Positions 19,315-30,215 of a stretch of DNA of 64,000 bases are shown here, one piece after another. Source of the DNA: an uncultured Bacillaceae bacterium. Its GTDB lineage: Bacteria > Bacillota > Bacilli > Bacillales > Cytobacillaceae. The translations under genes were made by a program, and so were the position numbers. Each line of letters starts with the position of its first letter. The first letter of the stretch is position 1. The stretch is from contig CAWFID010000016.1 in NCBI GenBank assembly GCA_963815765.1, positions 5,686-69,685 on the forward strand, in the 5' to 3' direction. The notes under the pieces are model-generated. The model saw nothing but the letters and a program-made list of their open reading frames with translations, was not told where the DNA came from and did no database searches.

Positions 19315-20614
19315 TTACAGACTTTGTTTCAATGCCCCTTCTATGTTCTTCAGGCTTTTCATCTGGTTGCGCAAGATGAAATAGTAAGCGATAAGGGCTA
19401 GGATGATACTAATGGCACAGTATAGATAAACAGGTCTAAAACCTACACTTAGCGAGATGAATCCCCAGATAACGGCCCCAACGCCGCTGCCAATATCCTT
19501 TGCCGTAAAAAGAGTAGAATTTCCTGCACCTCTGCGATGTGGAGGACACAGTTTGATCATAATCGCATTCAAAATGGGATCAACAAAACCTAATCCTAAT
19601 CCATATAAAGCACCTGAGATGACGAAGGCTGGAAGTGAGGTTGCAAAGGCTAGTAGGACAAATGACAAAGCCATCATGATCATTCCGGGTATAATCACGA
19701 TTGTTTCCCCAAATACATCTGCTAATCTACCACCGATTATTCTAGTAAGCAGGAGTGCGATTGAGTAGAAGGTATAGTACAAACCAACGTCCTCAATGCC
19801 TAAAGATAAAGCATAGGTTGGAATAAAAGTCATGATGGCACCCATTCCGATAAAAATAAAAATCGTGACGAGAGCAGTAGGTAGTGCGGTTTTCTCAAAC
19901 ATGATTTCAGAGATTCTTCGTTTCTCTTTTTTCTCTATTAATGTAACATCCGGCACAGGTTTCTTTTTCTCATAATCAATAAAAAAACCGCAGCATAACG
20001 CAATAAAGCTTATGATCGAAGCGCCTAGGAAAAGAGCATTATAGTTAAAGTGTTGAATAAGCAATAAACTTAAACGTGGGACCAACAGCAGTAGCAAGCG
20101 TAATCGATAATCCAAAATAACCAACCCCTTCTGCTAGTCTGCTTCTTGGCACAATATCAGATACAATCGTACCAGAAGCATTTGTCGTGGCACTAAATCC
20201 TATACCATGTAGACTTCTTACGAGTAATAGGATCCCAATGGAAAAAGCAAATACGTAAGAAAGGCTGATCACAGTCGAAATGATACAGCCCACAATCAGG
20301 ACCATTCGACGACTTTTATCATCAATTAATGTACCGAAAAGCGGACGGAATAAAATAGCAGCTGCCATAAATAGTCCAAAAAGCAAACCGGAGATCGAGT
20401 TATTGCCTCCAAGATGGATCGCATACAGTGGAATGCCTGTCATTAGCATATTGTTTGAAATAGCTGTGAATAAAGAGTATATAAACGTGAGTGTAAAGTA
20501 TTTGGTCCATAATGTTTCGCGTGTTGGCAAAAATGCAATCCTCCTTGTATGTTCATCCATTCCGGTAAAAGTAGTGTGATCAGGCATAACAGCTATTCTA
20601 TCAGAGTGAAGCAC
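19315..20614 (-). pseudogene. MFS transporter, split by a frameshift at about 20080
   Basis: Two overlapping ORFs give the N-half (LWTKYF, GTLIDDKSRR) and C-half (GGRLADVFG, RRGAGNS) of one 12-TM MFS protein. Start uncertain. Confidence 0.75.
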
Positions 20615-20729
20615 ATACGATATTATTAAATTGGTAGAATATTAAAAATCCATTCATGTGTACTATGTAAACAGTATCATGTTTTTCATCAAATTAACTC
20701 CTATCAAAGTATACTAGCATACTTATTTT

Positions 20730-20782
20730 GAAACAAGGGGAAGGTTCTTGCGTCTGAAAACGCAAGAACCTTCCCCTTGTTT
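20730..20782. repeat. REP-like palindrome, GGGAAGG subtype
   Basis: GAAACAAGGGGAAGGTTCTTGCGTCTGAAAACGCAAGAACCTTCCCCTTGTTT. Confidence 0.9.
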
Positions 20783-20789
20783 GCACCGC

Positions 20790-21836
20790 CTATACATTCA
20801 CAAATGGCACTTCTGTATCCAATTCTCCTTTTATACGTGTAATATGTACGTGTTCTCCCTTAAGCCATTCGTTAAAGTCAAAGACCACTGGCATTTTGTC
20901 TCCACCGATGGCAAACCATGCTTTCATACTTTTTGGAAAATAAGCCGCTGTATGCAGTGTACCTGCCCAGGCACTGTATTTAGTAGAAAATACTCCTTTG
21001 TCCGTATCGTTCATCATTTGAAAGGCTAGTTTTGGGTCTAGGACGTTGTTTTTTTGTTGTTTTATTGCTTCATATCTCGAAAGTGAATGGTCCAAATGGT
21101 GTTTATTTTCATGGGTCAGTACTTCAAAATGATTCGTACAAATATTGGCCCTGCGAACAACGATTTCTCTTGGTGAAGCCTCAACCACAACGGACTGACC
21201 TATTTGATCAAGCAACACATAGCTGAATGATTTACGATGGGGAACTTCTTTTAAAAAGACAATCGCTTCATCTACATTTGCACATGTTTCTAAAATCATC
21301 CGACCAATCATATTGCAAACAAATCCATCATCTGATCGTACACGATTCGTAAGATTATAACCCATTGATAATCCTTTTTCATTGATCCCATCAATACGCC
21401 CTGTAATTTGCATAGATGGCCCAATCATCGCAAACCCTTGATCTGTTGGCTGATAAAGAACATATCGACCTTCATAGGAGAGCGGATCATTATCATAGTT
21501 TCGAATCATATAGTCGTTATCGGTAAAAATAGAACATCCACTTTTTCCATATTCTAGATAATAGCCACCAAATTGAATGAATGTGTCCGTCATATTCATT
21601 TTTAAGGAATCTGAAAGTCCATTTAATTCATCCCAAATGCCCGGAGCAAAATGAAAAATCATCCTTTTTACTTCGTTTTCATCCACGATAAAATGACGCA
21701 ATTGCGCTTTGGTTCCCCATATTTTTTTACGATTGGTTAGAAGCGGAGAATCCTTTAGGAGTTCACCCTGCCTAAAGCCAAAATCATAATGACTTCCCCG
21801 AAACTGAATAACATCACTAAATACACTTTTCATCAT
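20790..21836 (-). CDS. C45 family autoproteolytic acyltransferase/hydrolase (Ntn fold)
   Basis: GSHYDFGFRQG; GC|S cleavage site with nucleophile Cys; RNYD, DGINEKGL and CTNHF motifs. Confidence 0.85.
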   Translation of the reverse strand: MMKSVFSDVIQFRGSHYDFGFRQGELLKDSPLLTNRKKIWGTKAQLRHFIVDENEVKRMIFHFAPGIWDELNGLSDSLKMNMTDTFIQFGGYYLEYGKSGCSIFTDNDYMIRNYDNDPLSYEGRYVLYQPTDQGFAMIGPSMQITGRIDGINEKGLSMGYNLTNRVRSDDGFVCNMIGRMILETCANVDEAIVFLKEVPHRKSFSYVLLDQIGQSVVVEASPREIVVRRANICTNHFEVLTHENKHHLDHSLSRYEAIKQQKNNVLDPKLAFQMMNDTDKGVFSTKYSAWAGTLHTAAYFPKSMKAWFAIGGDKMPVVFDFNEWLKGEHVHITRIKGELDTEVPFVNV

Positions 21837-21899
21837 GATTCCCTCATTTAATTTTCAATAAAGAACATTTTACTGGATCATAAATAGAAAAGCAAAATG

Positions 21900-21950
21900 G
21901 TGACGAGGGGACGGTTCTTCTGTAATTCTTTTTAGTATTCTAATTGGAAT
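21900..21950. repeat. REP-like half copy with extended tail
   Basis: GTGACGAGGGGACGGTTCTTCTGTAATTCTTTTTAGTATTCTAATTGGAA; the tail resembles 52145-52195. Confidence 0.75.
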
Positions 21951-22026
21951 GGGGGGACTAACGCCTTTTTATCCATTACCGCAAGATTTGGAAAGTATAA
22001 CATCCATTATAAATGTTATTTTATTA

Positions 22027-22081
22027 GTGACAGGGGGATGGATCCTTCCGTTTCCAAACATAAGAACCGTCCCCCTGTCAC
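22027..22081. repeat. REP-like palindrome (GACAGGGGG...CCCCCTGTC subtype, left arm degenerate)
   Basis: GTGACAGGGGGATGGATCC...AAGAACCGTCCCCCTGTCAC. Confidence 0.8.
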
Positions 22082-22099
22082 CGCCTTGACACCTCTCAA

Positions 22100-22969
22100 T
22101 TAACAATCTGAATCAATCGGCAGTTTTTTGATAGGGGTATAGATGTGATAGGCTGAATCAAGTTGGTGAATGTTATTAAACACTTGAATGAGTTCGATAT
22201 GTGAATTCTCTGTTTTTTGCTTGGAGATTTTTAAAAATCTTGCATAATCTGTACTAAAGACATCGCCTATATCAAGTAAATCACCAAAATACTTGAATTT
22301 GGCACAAAAGAGTTGTGGGACATCTACCGTAAAATAATAAGGTTTATCGATTTGTATATCATAGGGGATCCCAAACAGAACCTTAAAACGGGTTGAATTT
22401 GGTTGACAATCTGAGTAGATGACATAACATGAACCATTTATAGTTTCATCAATGTTCTTTAATAGCATATTTGCATGAGAGCGAATCTTCGTCTTATAAT
22501 CATCCGTTGCTAGATCCACTTCAAAGGCAATCCCACATACTCTGATTGTTTCAAATTCCGTTAAAGTGAAGTCGGTAACAAGATCCCCATTGATGTTTTT
22601 AACGGATCTTTTAACCACTGAAGGTATTGGTACTTGAGATGGGGTCTTATCAACTAATCTTAGAGAACTTGGCGTGATCCCGTATTGACGTTTGAAGGCA
22701 CGAGTGAAAGAGGATTGTGTTCCAAAGTTGAGCATATAAGCAATCTCTGTTAGGGATACGTGATCGTCTTGAATGAATTTAAGTGAGGCATTCAATCTTC
22801 GCGAAAGGATGTAATGGTTTAATGTACAACCCATCAAAGCAGAAAAAAGTCTATGAAAATAGTATTTAGACATGTTGAAATGATTGGAAACAGAATCTAA
22901 TGATAAAGGTTCATGTATATGGTTTTCAATATAGATCAAAGCATCCTCGATTACTTCATAATGATCCAT
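22100..22969 (-). CDS. AraC family regulator with C-terminal GyrI-like effector domain
   Basis: N-terminal AraC HTH (SKYYFHRLF; FGTQSSFTRAFKRQYGITPS). Confidence 0.88.
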   Translation of the reverse strand: MDHYEVIEDALIYIENHIHEPLSLDSVSNHFNMSKYYFHRLFSALMGCTLNHYILSRRLNASLKFIQDDHVSLTEIAYMLNFGTQSSFTRAFKRQYGITPSSLRLVDKTPSQVPIPSVVKRSVKNINGDLVTDFTLTEFETIRVCGIAFEVDLATDDYKTKIRSHANMLLKNIDETINGSCYVIYSDCQPNSTRFKVLFGIPYDIQIDKPYYFTVDVPQLFCAKFKYFGDLLDIGDVFSTDYARFLKISKQKTENSHIELIQVFNNIHQLDSAYHIYTPIKKLPIDSDC

Positions 22970-23066
22970 AATAACTCCTTTTATCCATTATATTTTGAAT
23001 AGTATGTAATCAATATATCATAGAGAATTGGTGTATAGCTAAGCAATTATTTCAGGAGGTAAAAAG

Positions 23067-23741
23067 ATGACACAAGACAAAATGAATGGAATAATCATTG
23101 GTATTTTATATATAGTAGCTGCAGTCTCTTCCGTGATAGCGGTTGTCTTATATCAGCCGGTTTTGTCCGATCAATGGTACTTGTCTGTGGCAAATGGATT
23201 TGAAACGAAGGTTTTAATCGGTGTTTTAAATGATCTGTTACTCGTAGTGGCGGCTGTTGGGACAGCAGTCATACTGTTTCCTTATCTTCGTCACTGGAAT
23301 GAACATCTTGCCTTAGGGTATCTATGCTTTCGATTCATGGAAGCTGTTTTTATTGCCATTGGCTTGGTCAGTATATTAGGTTTAGTGCATCTAAGTAAGG
23401 CCTATGAAGCAGGCATCCTAGCAAGTGGGAGTTTTCACGCTGTAGGTTTAATGTTACAAAGTGTTCATCGTTGCACTTTTGTTTTAGGTCCAAATTTGAT
23501 GTTAGGCTTAAATACAGTCATGTATAGCTATTTACTTTTTAGAACAGGATTAGTACCAAAGCCCTTAGCAATATTCGGGATGGTTACAGCCATTTTGGTA
23601 TTCATAGCCGGCATACTCGATATGTTTGGTATAATCGATCCTCTTTCCACAGCAAAAGGATTGATGGCTTTACCAGTGGGCGTATATGAATTGAGTTTGG
23701 CGGCATGGTTAATTGTGAAGGGATTTCATAAGCAACAGTGA
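23067..23741 (+). CDS. DUF4386-like membrane protein
   Basis: 224 aa with about 6 TM segments; LALGY..FRFMEA, YLLFRTGLVPK and ELSLAAWLIVKGF motifs. Confidence 0.75.
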   Translation: MTQDKMNGIIIGILYIVAAVSSVIAVVLYQPVLSDQWYLSVANGFETKVLIGVLNDLLLVVAAVGTAVILFPYLRHWNEHLALGYLCFRFMEAVFIAIGLVSILGLVHLSKAYEAGILASGSFHAVGLMLQSVHRCTFVLGPNLMLGLNTVMYSYLLFRTGLVPKPLAIFGMVTAILVFIAGILDMFGIIDPLSTAKGLMALPVGVYELSLAAWLIVKGFHKQQ

Positions 23742-23836
23742 CATGGGGACGGTTCTGTCTCCTTTTTGACTTGTAATTTTAGGGTCAGGCTCCCAGTATA
23801 GTGAAGCATAACTGTACTGGGAGCCTGACCCTTTTT
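23738..23836. repeat. composite repeat: REP half + GGGTCAGGCTCCC...GGGAGCCTGACCC hairpin
   Basis: Homologous to 28808-28912. The DUF4386 stop TGA lies within the GTGAC of the REP. Confidence 0.8.
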
Positions 23837-23959
23837 TACTGTTATTGAAAAAAATTCCATAAAATATGTTAAAATCAGCCTAAAGAGAATGATAGAATGT
23901 GATTACCATTATTAGAAATAAAACATATGGAGAGAAGCAAAACACGGAGGTGGGTTTAA

Positions 23960-25240
23960 ATGGAACTACTATCGAAAAAACACCTTGAAGAAACAATGAG
24001 TGAATTAACTGAAGAACAGAAGGATTATCTTGAAAATCGATTAAAGCTTAGAAGAAAAAGCGAATGGCTTCAAATTCTCGCAACCTATAAAGGCGTTGAT
24101 ATTACCAATGATATGAATGTCGATGAAATAGAAGATAAAATCGATGATTGGATTCTGATTGATTGTTTGGATGGAGGATACAAACGAAGACCCTATAAAT
24201 GTGATTGTGGACAATCTTTGCGCTACCAATATATTATTCAGAATAAGAAAGAAGGCGAGGTTCGAAAATTAGGTGAGCATTGCTTCGAAAAGTATCTTTC
24301 CCTGCCTGCTTCTGTCATCAAGGATGTTAAAAGTGGTATGTACAACATCGATTTAGAAAGAGATGAAATATTAACCAAACTTCGTCAAAAAGTATTTTTT
24401 CCACTTTCCAATTATCTTCATTTGAAACTTCCATCATACATCGTAGAACAATATGAACTAGGGCTTCCATTATTAGATAGACAAATCCAATTGGTTGAAA
24501 AGATAAACGTAAACTATATAGAAGAAAAAAAGCTTTCTCGTTTATTTGACCGTTTAGACAGCCAACAAAAAGCATATGTTTCAAAAATGAACCATAAAGA
24601 AAGACGAGAATTGCTACTGTCATTGGAAAATGGATTCATTGCAGAATTAATTCCAGATGAGGAGATTCCTGATTTTGATGAAGGTATTAAAAAACAGATC
24701 GAATTACAATTGCCCTTACTAAAAGAACAACAAGAAATCATTAAAGATTACAAGATTAAAAAGAAGAGAGAGAAGTTCCTCAATCGTCTGACTGAAGAAC
24801 AAACGAAATGGTTTTTCGAGTTCAATTTAACCGAACAAAATGAAATGCTAGAGAAGGTAAACATAACTCCCTATTACACAATAAATCAGGTGAAAGGCTT
24901 ACCAATAAGCGAGGAAATCATCACACAATTACAATTCAATCTTCCGTTATTAAATAGACACTTAAGTGAAATTCGTTTCGCAAAGGTAAAAATCAACGAA
25001 ATGAAAAACGAAACTTCCACTATCACATTTGGTGTTCTAATGGATCGACATTTGGAAACGTTACGTGCTGTTCGAGAAAAAGAAGATTCCATTCCTTCAA
25101 GTTTAAAGAATGATTGGCTAAAAATACAAGAGCTTACGCGTAATTTACAAAATGGAACAGAATTCGATTACGAACAATTTAAATTACTGTTATCCAATCT
25201 GATCATCCCTTTGAAAGTGGAGAGCGATCCTTATTTATAA
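23960..25240 (+). CDS. hypothetical protein with CxC...HC putative Zn motif and internal repeats (N-terminus possibly DUF3895-like)
   Basis: GGAGG RBS; CDCGQSLRYQYII...LGEHC motif; three LPLL-containing repeats. Confidence 0.7.
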   Translation: MELLSKKHLEETMSELTEEQKDYLENRLKLRRKSEWLQILATYKGVDITNDMNVDEIEDKIDDWILIDCLDGGYKRRPYKCDCGQSLRYQYIIQNKKEGEVRKLGEHCFEKYLSLPASVIKDVKSGMYNIDLERDEILTKLRQKVFFPLSNYLHLKLPSYIVEQYELGLPLLDRQIQLVEKINVNYIEEKKLSRLFDRLDSQQKAYVSKMNHKERRELLLSLENGFIAELIPDEEIPDFDEGIKKQIELQLPLLKEQQEIIKDYKIKKKREKFLNRLTEEQTKWFFEFNLTEQNEMLEKVNITPYYTINQVKGLPISEEIITQLQFNLPLLNRHLSEIRFAKVKINEMKNETSTITFGVLMDRHLETLRAVREKEDSIPSSLKNDWLKIQELTRNLQNGTEFDYEQFKLLLSNLIIPLKVESDPYL

Positions 25241-25519
25241 GACCAAGCGGGCCGGTACCTGCTGAAAATAAGCGCACCAACTTAGAGAAGTTCTCTTATT
25301 TTTGTTGAATATGATTGGGTCGAGGGACTGTCCCTCCGTCTCGCACCTACATCCCAGGTCTGAGTCATATTTCAGGCCTGGGATGCTGAAAAACAAATGA
25401 GGGATCGTTTATAGTGAAAATAGAGAAATATTTGAAAATGTTCAACATTTGAACAAACCAGATCGATGAAAATCATATGTAGACAACTAAGAAAATGATA
25501 GAAAGGAGAGTCGGAAAAA

Positions 25520-27876
25520 ATGTTTTTGAAAATGATAAAGAATGATTTCCTCAGAAACAAAATGGTAACGTTGGCAGTCTTTGTATTCATCACGATGGCT
25601 GTTATTTTGGCAGCAAGTGCCACAAATAACATGGCCAACCTCATTCAGTCGATGTCGGAACTGCAAGGAGCGTGCAGTTCCAGCTGACATTACGCAGATG
25701 CATTCCGGAGAATTTGACCAGACAGAGATCGATCGTTTTACAGAGGAACAGCGTGAAAATATTGCGATGCAGGAGACGATGGTTCTTCTGACTATAGATG
25801 GAAGTAATATTCATTTTGGCAATAATCAAACAATGGCTGGAACGGTACAGGATCTTTCATTTGTTGTACAGAATGAGAAATTTGATTTTATCCTGGATCT
25901 GAATAATGAAAAGCTGGATATAAAGGAAGGTTCCGTTGCGGTTCCTATCTATTTTATGGAACTACATGACTTAAAAATAGGGGATACGATCACCGTGGAA
26001 AGTGACGGGTATCAGAAAGAGTTTGTCATTTCAGATTATGCAAGAGATTATGAGATGAATTCTTCTCTTACTTCCTCGAAACGGTTTGTGATCAATCAAA
26101 CAGACTATAATGAAATGCTAAAAATGCTCGTAGGGGAACCGGAATATCTGATTGAATTCAAACTGAATGAAAACGGGGATTCTAATGCAGTTCAGACGGC
26201 CTACATCGAAGGAGGACTTCCAGCAAATGGTCCTACAGTCGGAGGCCAGTTCTTTATGATCTTCAATGCCATGTCAGATGCGGCTGTGGCAATGGTTATT
26301 ATACTGATTAGTGTACTTCTGATTATGATCGCTTCGCTTTGTATCAGACTTACATTTTTGGCAACGATTGATGAAGATTTAAGAGAAATCGGTGTGATGA
26401 AAGCAATCGGAATCTCGAAAAAGGACATAAAGAAGGTATATTTGAACAAATACAGAGTAATGTCAGTAGCAGCTGGTATCATCGGCTATCTCCTGTCCTT
26501 TGCAGTCGTAAATCTATTGAACGGGAATATGAGACTTTATCTATCATCCGATTTATCAGGAAACTTAAAATATGGACTATCACTTATCGCTCCAATATTT
26601 GTCTATATCATGATTGTGATGTCCTGCAAGAAAGTATTGAAAAGAATTGATAAGATTTCTGCGGTGGAAGCATTACGTTCAAATATCATGGAACGTGGAA
26701 AGAACCGAAAATACAGTTTCTCACTTCTAAAAAACCCATTCTTCAGCACCAATATTTACATGGGAATTCGAGATGTATTTAAGCGTTCCAAATTATACAG
26801 CTTATTGTTTATTATTTTTATCGTATGTACATTTATTGTCATTCTTCCGTTAAATATGTATAACACGATGAATTCACCGGAATTTTCTACATACATGGGA
26901 ATAGGGAAATCGGACATGAGAATCGATCTTCGAAAGACAGATCGTATTACTGAAGATTTTAATAAGCTGCAGGAAGAGCTAAAAAATGATTCATGATATT
27001 GAAAAGGTTGCATCCTACATCACAAGCTCCTACCCGGTCAAAAATACGGAAGGTACCTGGGACTATATGAATATCGAAACCGGAGATTTTTCTGTCTTTC
27101 CATTAAACTATTTGGAAGGAAGTGCACCGGATCGTGAGGGCGAGATCTCGCTTTCCCATGCAAATGCCTCACAAGACGGATTGAACAAAAAATTGGGAGA
27201 TGAAGTCGTTGTAAAGGTTGGCGGGACAGAAAAGACTTTGAAAGTTAGTGGGATTTATCAGGATATTACAAATGGTGGGAAAACAGCAAAGGCTCATACC
27301 AGTCTTGGAATAAATGAAGAAGCCGTTCTTTGGACTATTTTTTACATGGATTTGGCTTCCGGCGTTGATAAACAAGTGAAAAAGCTTTACTACCAGAATG
27401 CCTATGACTCTGCACAGGTAAATGATATCAAAGAATATACACAGCAGACTCTTGGAAATATCATTGATCAGATGAGCACAGTTGTGATAGGCGGAATGGC
27501 CATTGCGTTCATCATTATTGTATTGATCACTGCCTTATTCCTTAGGATGTTATTATCAAAGGATATGTCTCAGATTGCTATTATGCGAAGTGTAGGATTA
27601 ACATCTAAACAGATTAGTCATCAATATATGGCAGGAACATTAATGGTACTGATTTTCGGAATTATTGCTGGAGTTATCGCTTCTACTTATTTAGGGGAGT
27701 TTCTTGTAAGCTTGGCCATGTCCTCTATGGGAGCGGCAAAAATTGAATTTGTTCAAGTGTTATGGCAGACTTGGCTGCTATGTCCGTTAGCTCTGATTGT
27801 AGTAGTCGGCTTTACGATCTATGTTTCCTGTAAGGTTGCTGCAAAAAATGATTTATCTGTCATCTTAAGAAGTTAG
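25520..27876 (+). pseudogene. FtsX/MacB-type ABC transporter permease, two frameshifts (about 25666 and 26985)
   Basis: MFLKMIKNDFLRNK start after a GAAAGGAG RBS; two FtsX motifs (REIGVMKAIG and SQIAIMRSVG) in successive frames. Confidence 0.8.
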
Positions 27877-28034
27877 AATTGCTGAAAAAGATCAGGTAGA
27901 AGGCGTATCTCCGTAGGCGGAAGAAGGTCTCATGAATGAAGGCATCGATGTAGATTTCTGAAAAAATAAGGCATTCCGGAGTGCCAATGTAGAGATAGAC
28001 GTGGATTTAAATATTTGGCATTGGAGGAGTCTAG

Positions 28035-28802
28035 ATGACCAGTATATTAGAGGCAAGAAGTATAAATAAAAAAGTAGATTTAGGGAAAGATAATAAGCTT
28101 CATATCTTAAAGGATGTAGACTTGGAGATCGAAGAAGGTGAATTCGTATCGGTCATGGGACCATCCGGAAGCGGGAAATCAACGTTGCTTTATCATGTAA
28201 GCGGGATGGATCGAGTGACTTCTGGCAGTGTGAAATTTAATGGCCGTGAAATCGGCAGTCTAATGGAAGAAGAACTGGCAAAGATACGACTGAATCACAT
28301 GGGATTTATCTTTCAGGATATTAATCTATTAAAAAATCTGTCATTGATTGATAATGTTATGTTTCCTGCTCTTGTATCAAAAAATGCGGATAAAAATGCG
28401 GTCCACCAAAAAGCAAAAAAACTGTTGGAAATGACAGGAATTGAAAAACTTGCAGATAATCATATCACTCAAGCCTCAGGTGGACAGCTGCAGAGAGTTG
28501 GCATCTGTAGAGCATTGATCAATGATCCGGAAATCCTATTTGGAGACGAACCGACCGGATCACTAGATTCTAAATCAACCGAAGAGATTATGTCCATACT
28601 TGCAGAAATTAATCAAACAGGGACCACCGTCATGCTCGTTACACATGATGTAAAGGTGGCAGCAAAAACTGAAAGAGTATTGTTTATGGTAGATGGACAT
28701 ATTGTGGCGCAGAAGAAAATGATAAAATACGATGCAAAGCATCATGATATGAAGGAAAGAGAAGAAAGTCTGATGAAATGGTTAGTGGAAAATGGATTCT
28801 AG
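28035..28802 (+). CDS. ABC transporter ATP-binding protein (LolD/MacB type)
   Basis: [15 protein letters not shown] and DEPTGSLD motifs. Confidence 0.92.
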   Translation: MTSILEARSINKKVDLGKDNKLHILKDVDLEIEEGEFVSVMGPSGSGKSTLLYHVSGMDRVTSGSVKFNGREIGSLMEEELAKIRLNHMGFIFQDINLLKNLSLIDNVMFPALVSKNADKNAVHQKAKKLLEMTGIEKLADNHITQASGGQLQRVGICRALINDPEILFGDEPTGSLDSKSTEEIMSILAEINQTGTTVMLVTHDVKVAAKTERVLFMVDGHIVAQKKMIKYDAKHHDMKEREESLMKWLVENGF

Positions 28803-28807
28803 TCGGG

Positions 28808-28912
28808 GTGACAAGGGGACGGTTCTTCTGTCTCTCTTTTTAGAATTGTAATTTTGGAGATTTAGGTCAGTCCCCGGTACAGTGAAACATTACTATAATG
28901 GGTGACTGTCCA
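28808..28912. repeat. composite repeat, second (more degenerate) copy
   Basis: GTGACAAGGGGACGGTTCTTCTGTCT...TTGTAATTTT...GGTCAGTCCCCGGTACAGTGAAACATTACTATAATGGGTGACTGTCC. Confidence 0.75.
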
Positions 28913-29198
28913 TTTTATTTTGAAGTTTAAGTAAATTTTTTACGGACTAAAAGCTAGATGTTATGATGAAAGTAACAGCAACAACTAAGCCTCTAGATGA
29001 AGTTTACCAAGAATAAATTGAACATACATCTTTATAACAGGTGTCAAAGGCATCGTCTAGATAATGGATGGTGACTGTGACACCTGTTTTGTATACAGAA
29101 AACCAAAAGACGATTCTCATCAGCTTTTACAGTTTTTTCACCTCCTAATGACCTACGAACTAATGATATACTTAAAGAAAAACAGAACGGTGATAAAT

Positions 29199-30215
29199 AT
29201 GGAAAAGCAGTTGATTTCATTCTTAAAGTCTCAAAAGAACAGGAAAATTTTACTAAGTGAATTAGAAAGCAGAGTATCTGGAGAGATTGATTACGCAAGT
29301 TTTGCCCACATTATTTTAGATTTGGAAGAGAAGGACGTATTAACAAGGGTCAAATCGCATGGGGAAAATGGCAAAAGTCCATCGCTCTCTTTCACTTATA
29401 GAATCAACAAGAATGTTTTGAAGCAACAGCTTCATGAAAAAATAAAAGTGGCAAGGCTTCACTTACATCCATCCATCGATCTTGAGGCCTATTTTCATTT
29501 ACCCGAAGAACAATGGGAGAAGGATCAATCTTTTATTCAAAAGGTCAATCAGTATATTACAAGAAATGGATATCCGGCAGAGCAAGTACCTGCACCAGAG
29601 CGATCTTTTGAATTAGTAGAGGATGAAAAATGGATAACAGAAGGTGGGGGTCAAGAGATATTGGAACGAATCCAAGTTTGGGATAAGCTCTTGATCATGC
29701 CGGTTTCAGATCCGTTGATGTTTGCGTTAAACTCATCGAGCCTTCAAAAAGAACCCTTTCTTCATCTCATTGTAGAAAATAAAACAACCTATCAAGGACT
29801 TCTTCCAGCATTACAAAACAGCGCATTCACAACACTTATCTACGGCTGCGGGAAAAAGATTATAAAAAGCATTGAACATTTTGATTATCAACTGCCACTA
29901 CCGTCGAGCCGTCATCAATTTTATTATTTTGGTGATTTAGATCATGAAGGTATTTTGATTTGGTATTTACTTTCAAAAAAAATAACCGTTTCACCCGCAT
30001 TGCCTTTTTATGAGGCATGTCTAAGAAAGCCGTATGCTTATGGAAAGCAAAATCAGCGGCCTAATGAGGAATCATTGAATAAGTTTCTTCCTTATTTTAA
30101 AAAAGAAGACCAAGAACACTTAATACAAATGCTCCAAAACGGAGGCTATTATCCGCAAGAAATCATCAAAACGAATGAATTACAGCAAATCTGGAGGAAT
30201 TCTTCATGGAAGTAA
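29199..30215 (+). CDS. jetD: Wadjet JetD-like TOPRIM nuclease
   Basis: ERSFELVEDEKW, IVENKTTY, LIYGCG and YFGDLDHEG TOPRIM motifs; first gene of an overlapping 4-gene operon. Confidence 0.85.
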   Translation: MEKQLISFLKSQKNRKILLSELESRVSGEIDYASFAHIILDLEEKDVLTRVKSHGENGKSPSLSFTYRINKNVLKQQLHEKIKVARLHLHPSIDLEAYFHLPEEQWEKDQSFIQKVNQYITRNGYPAEQVPAPERSFELVEDEKWITEGGGQEILERIQVWDKLLIMPVSDPLMFALNSSSLQKEPFLHLIVENKTTYQGLLPALQNSAFTTLIYGCGKKIIKSIEHFDYQLPLPSSRHQFYYFGDLDHEGILIWYLLSKKITVSPALPFYEACLRKPYAYGKQNQRPNEESLNKFLPYFKKEDQEHLIQMLQNGGYYPQEIIKTNELQQIWRNSSWK

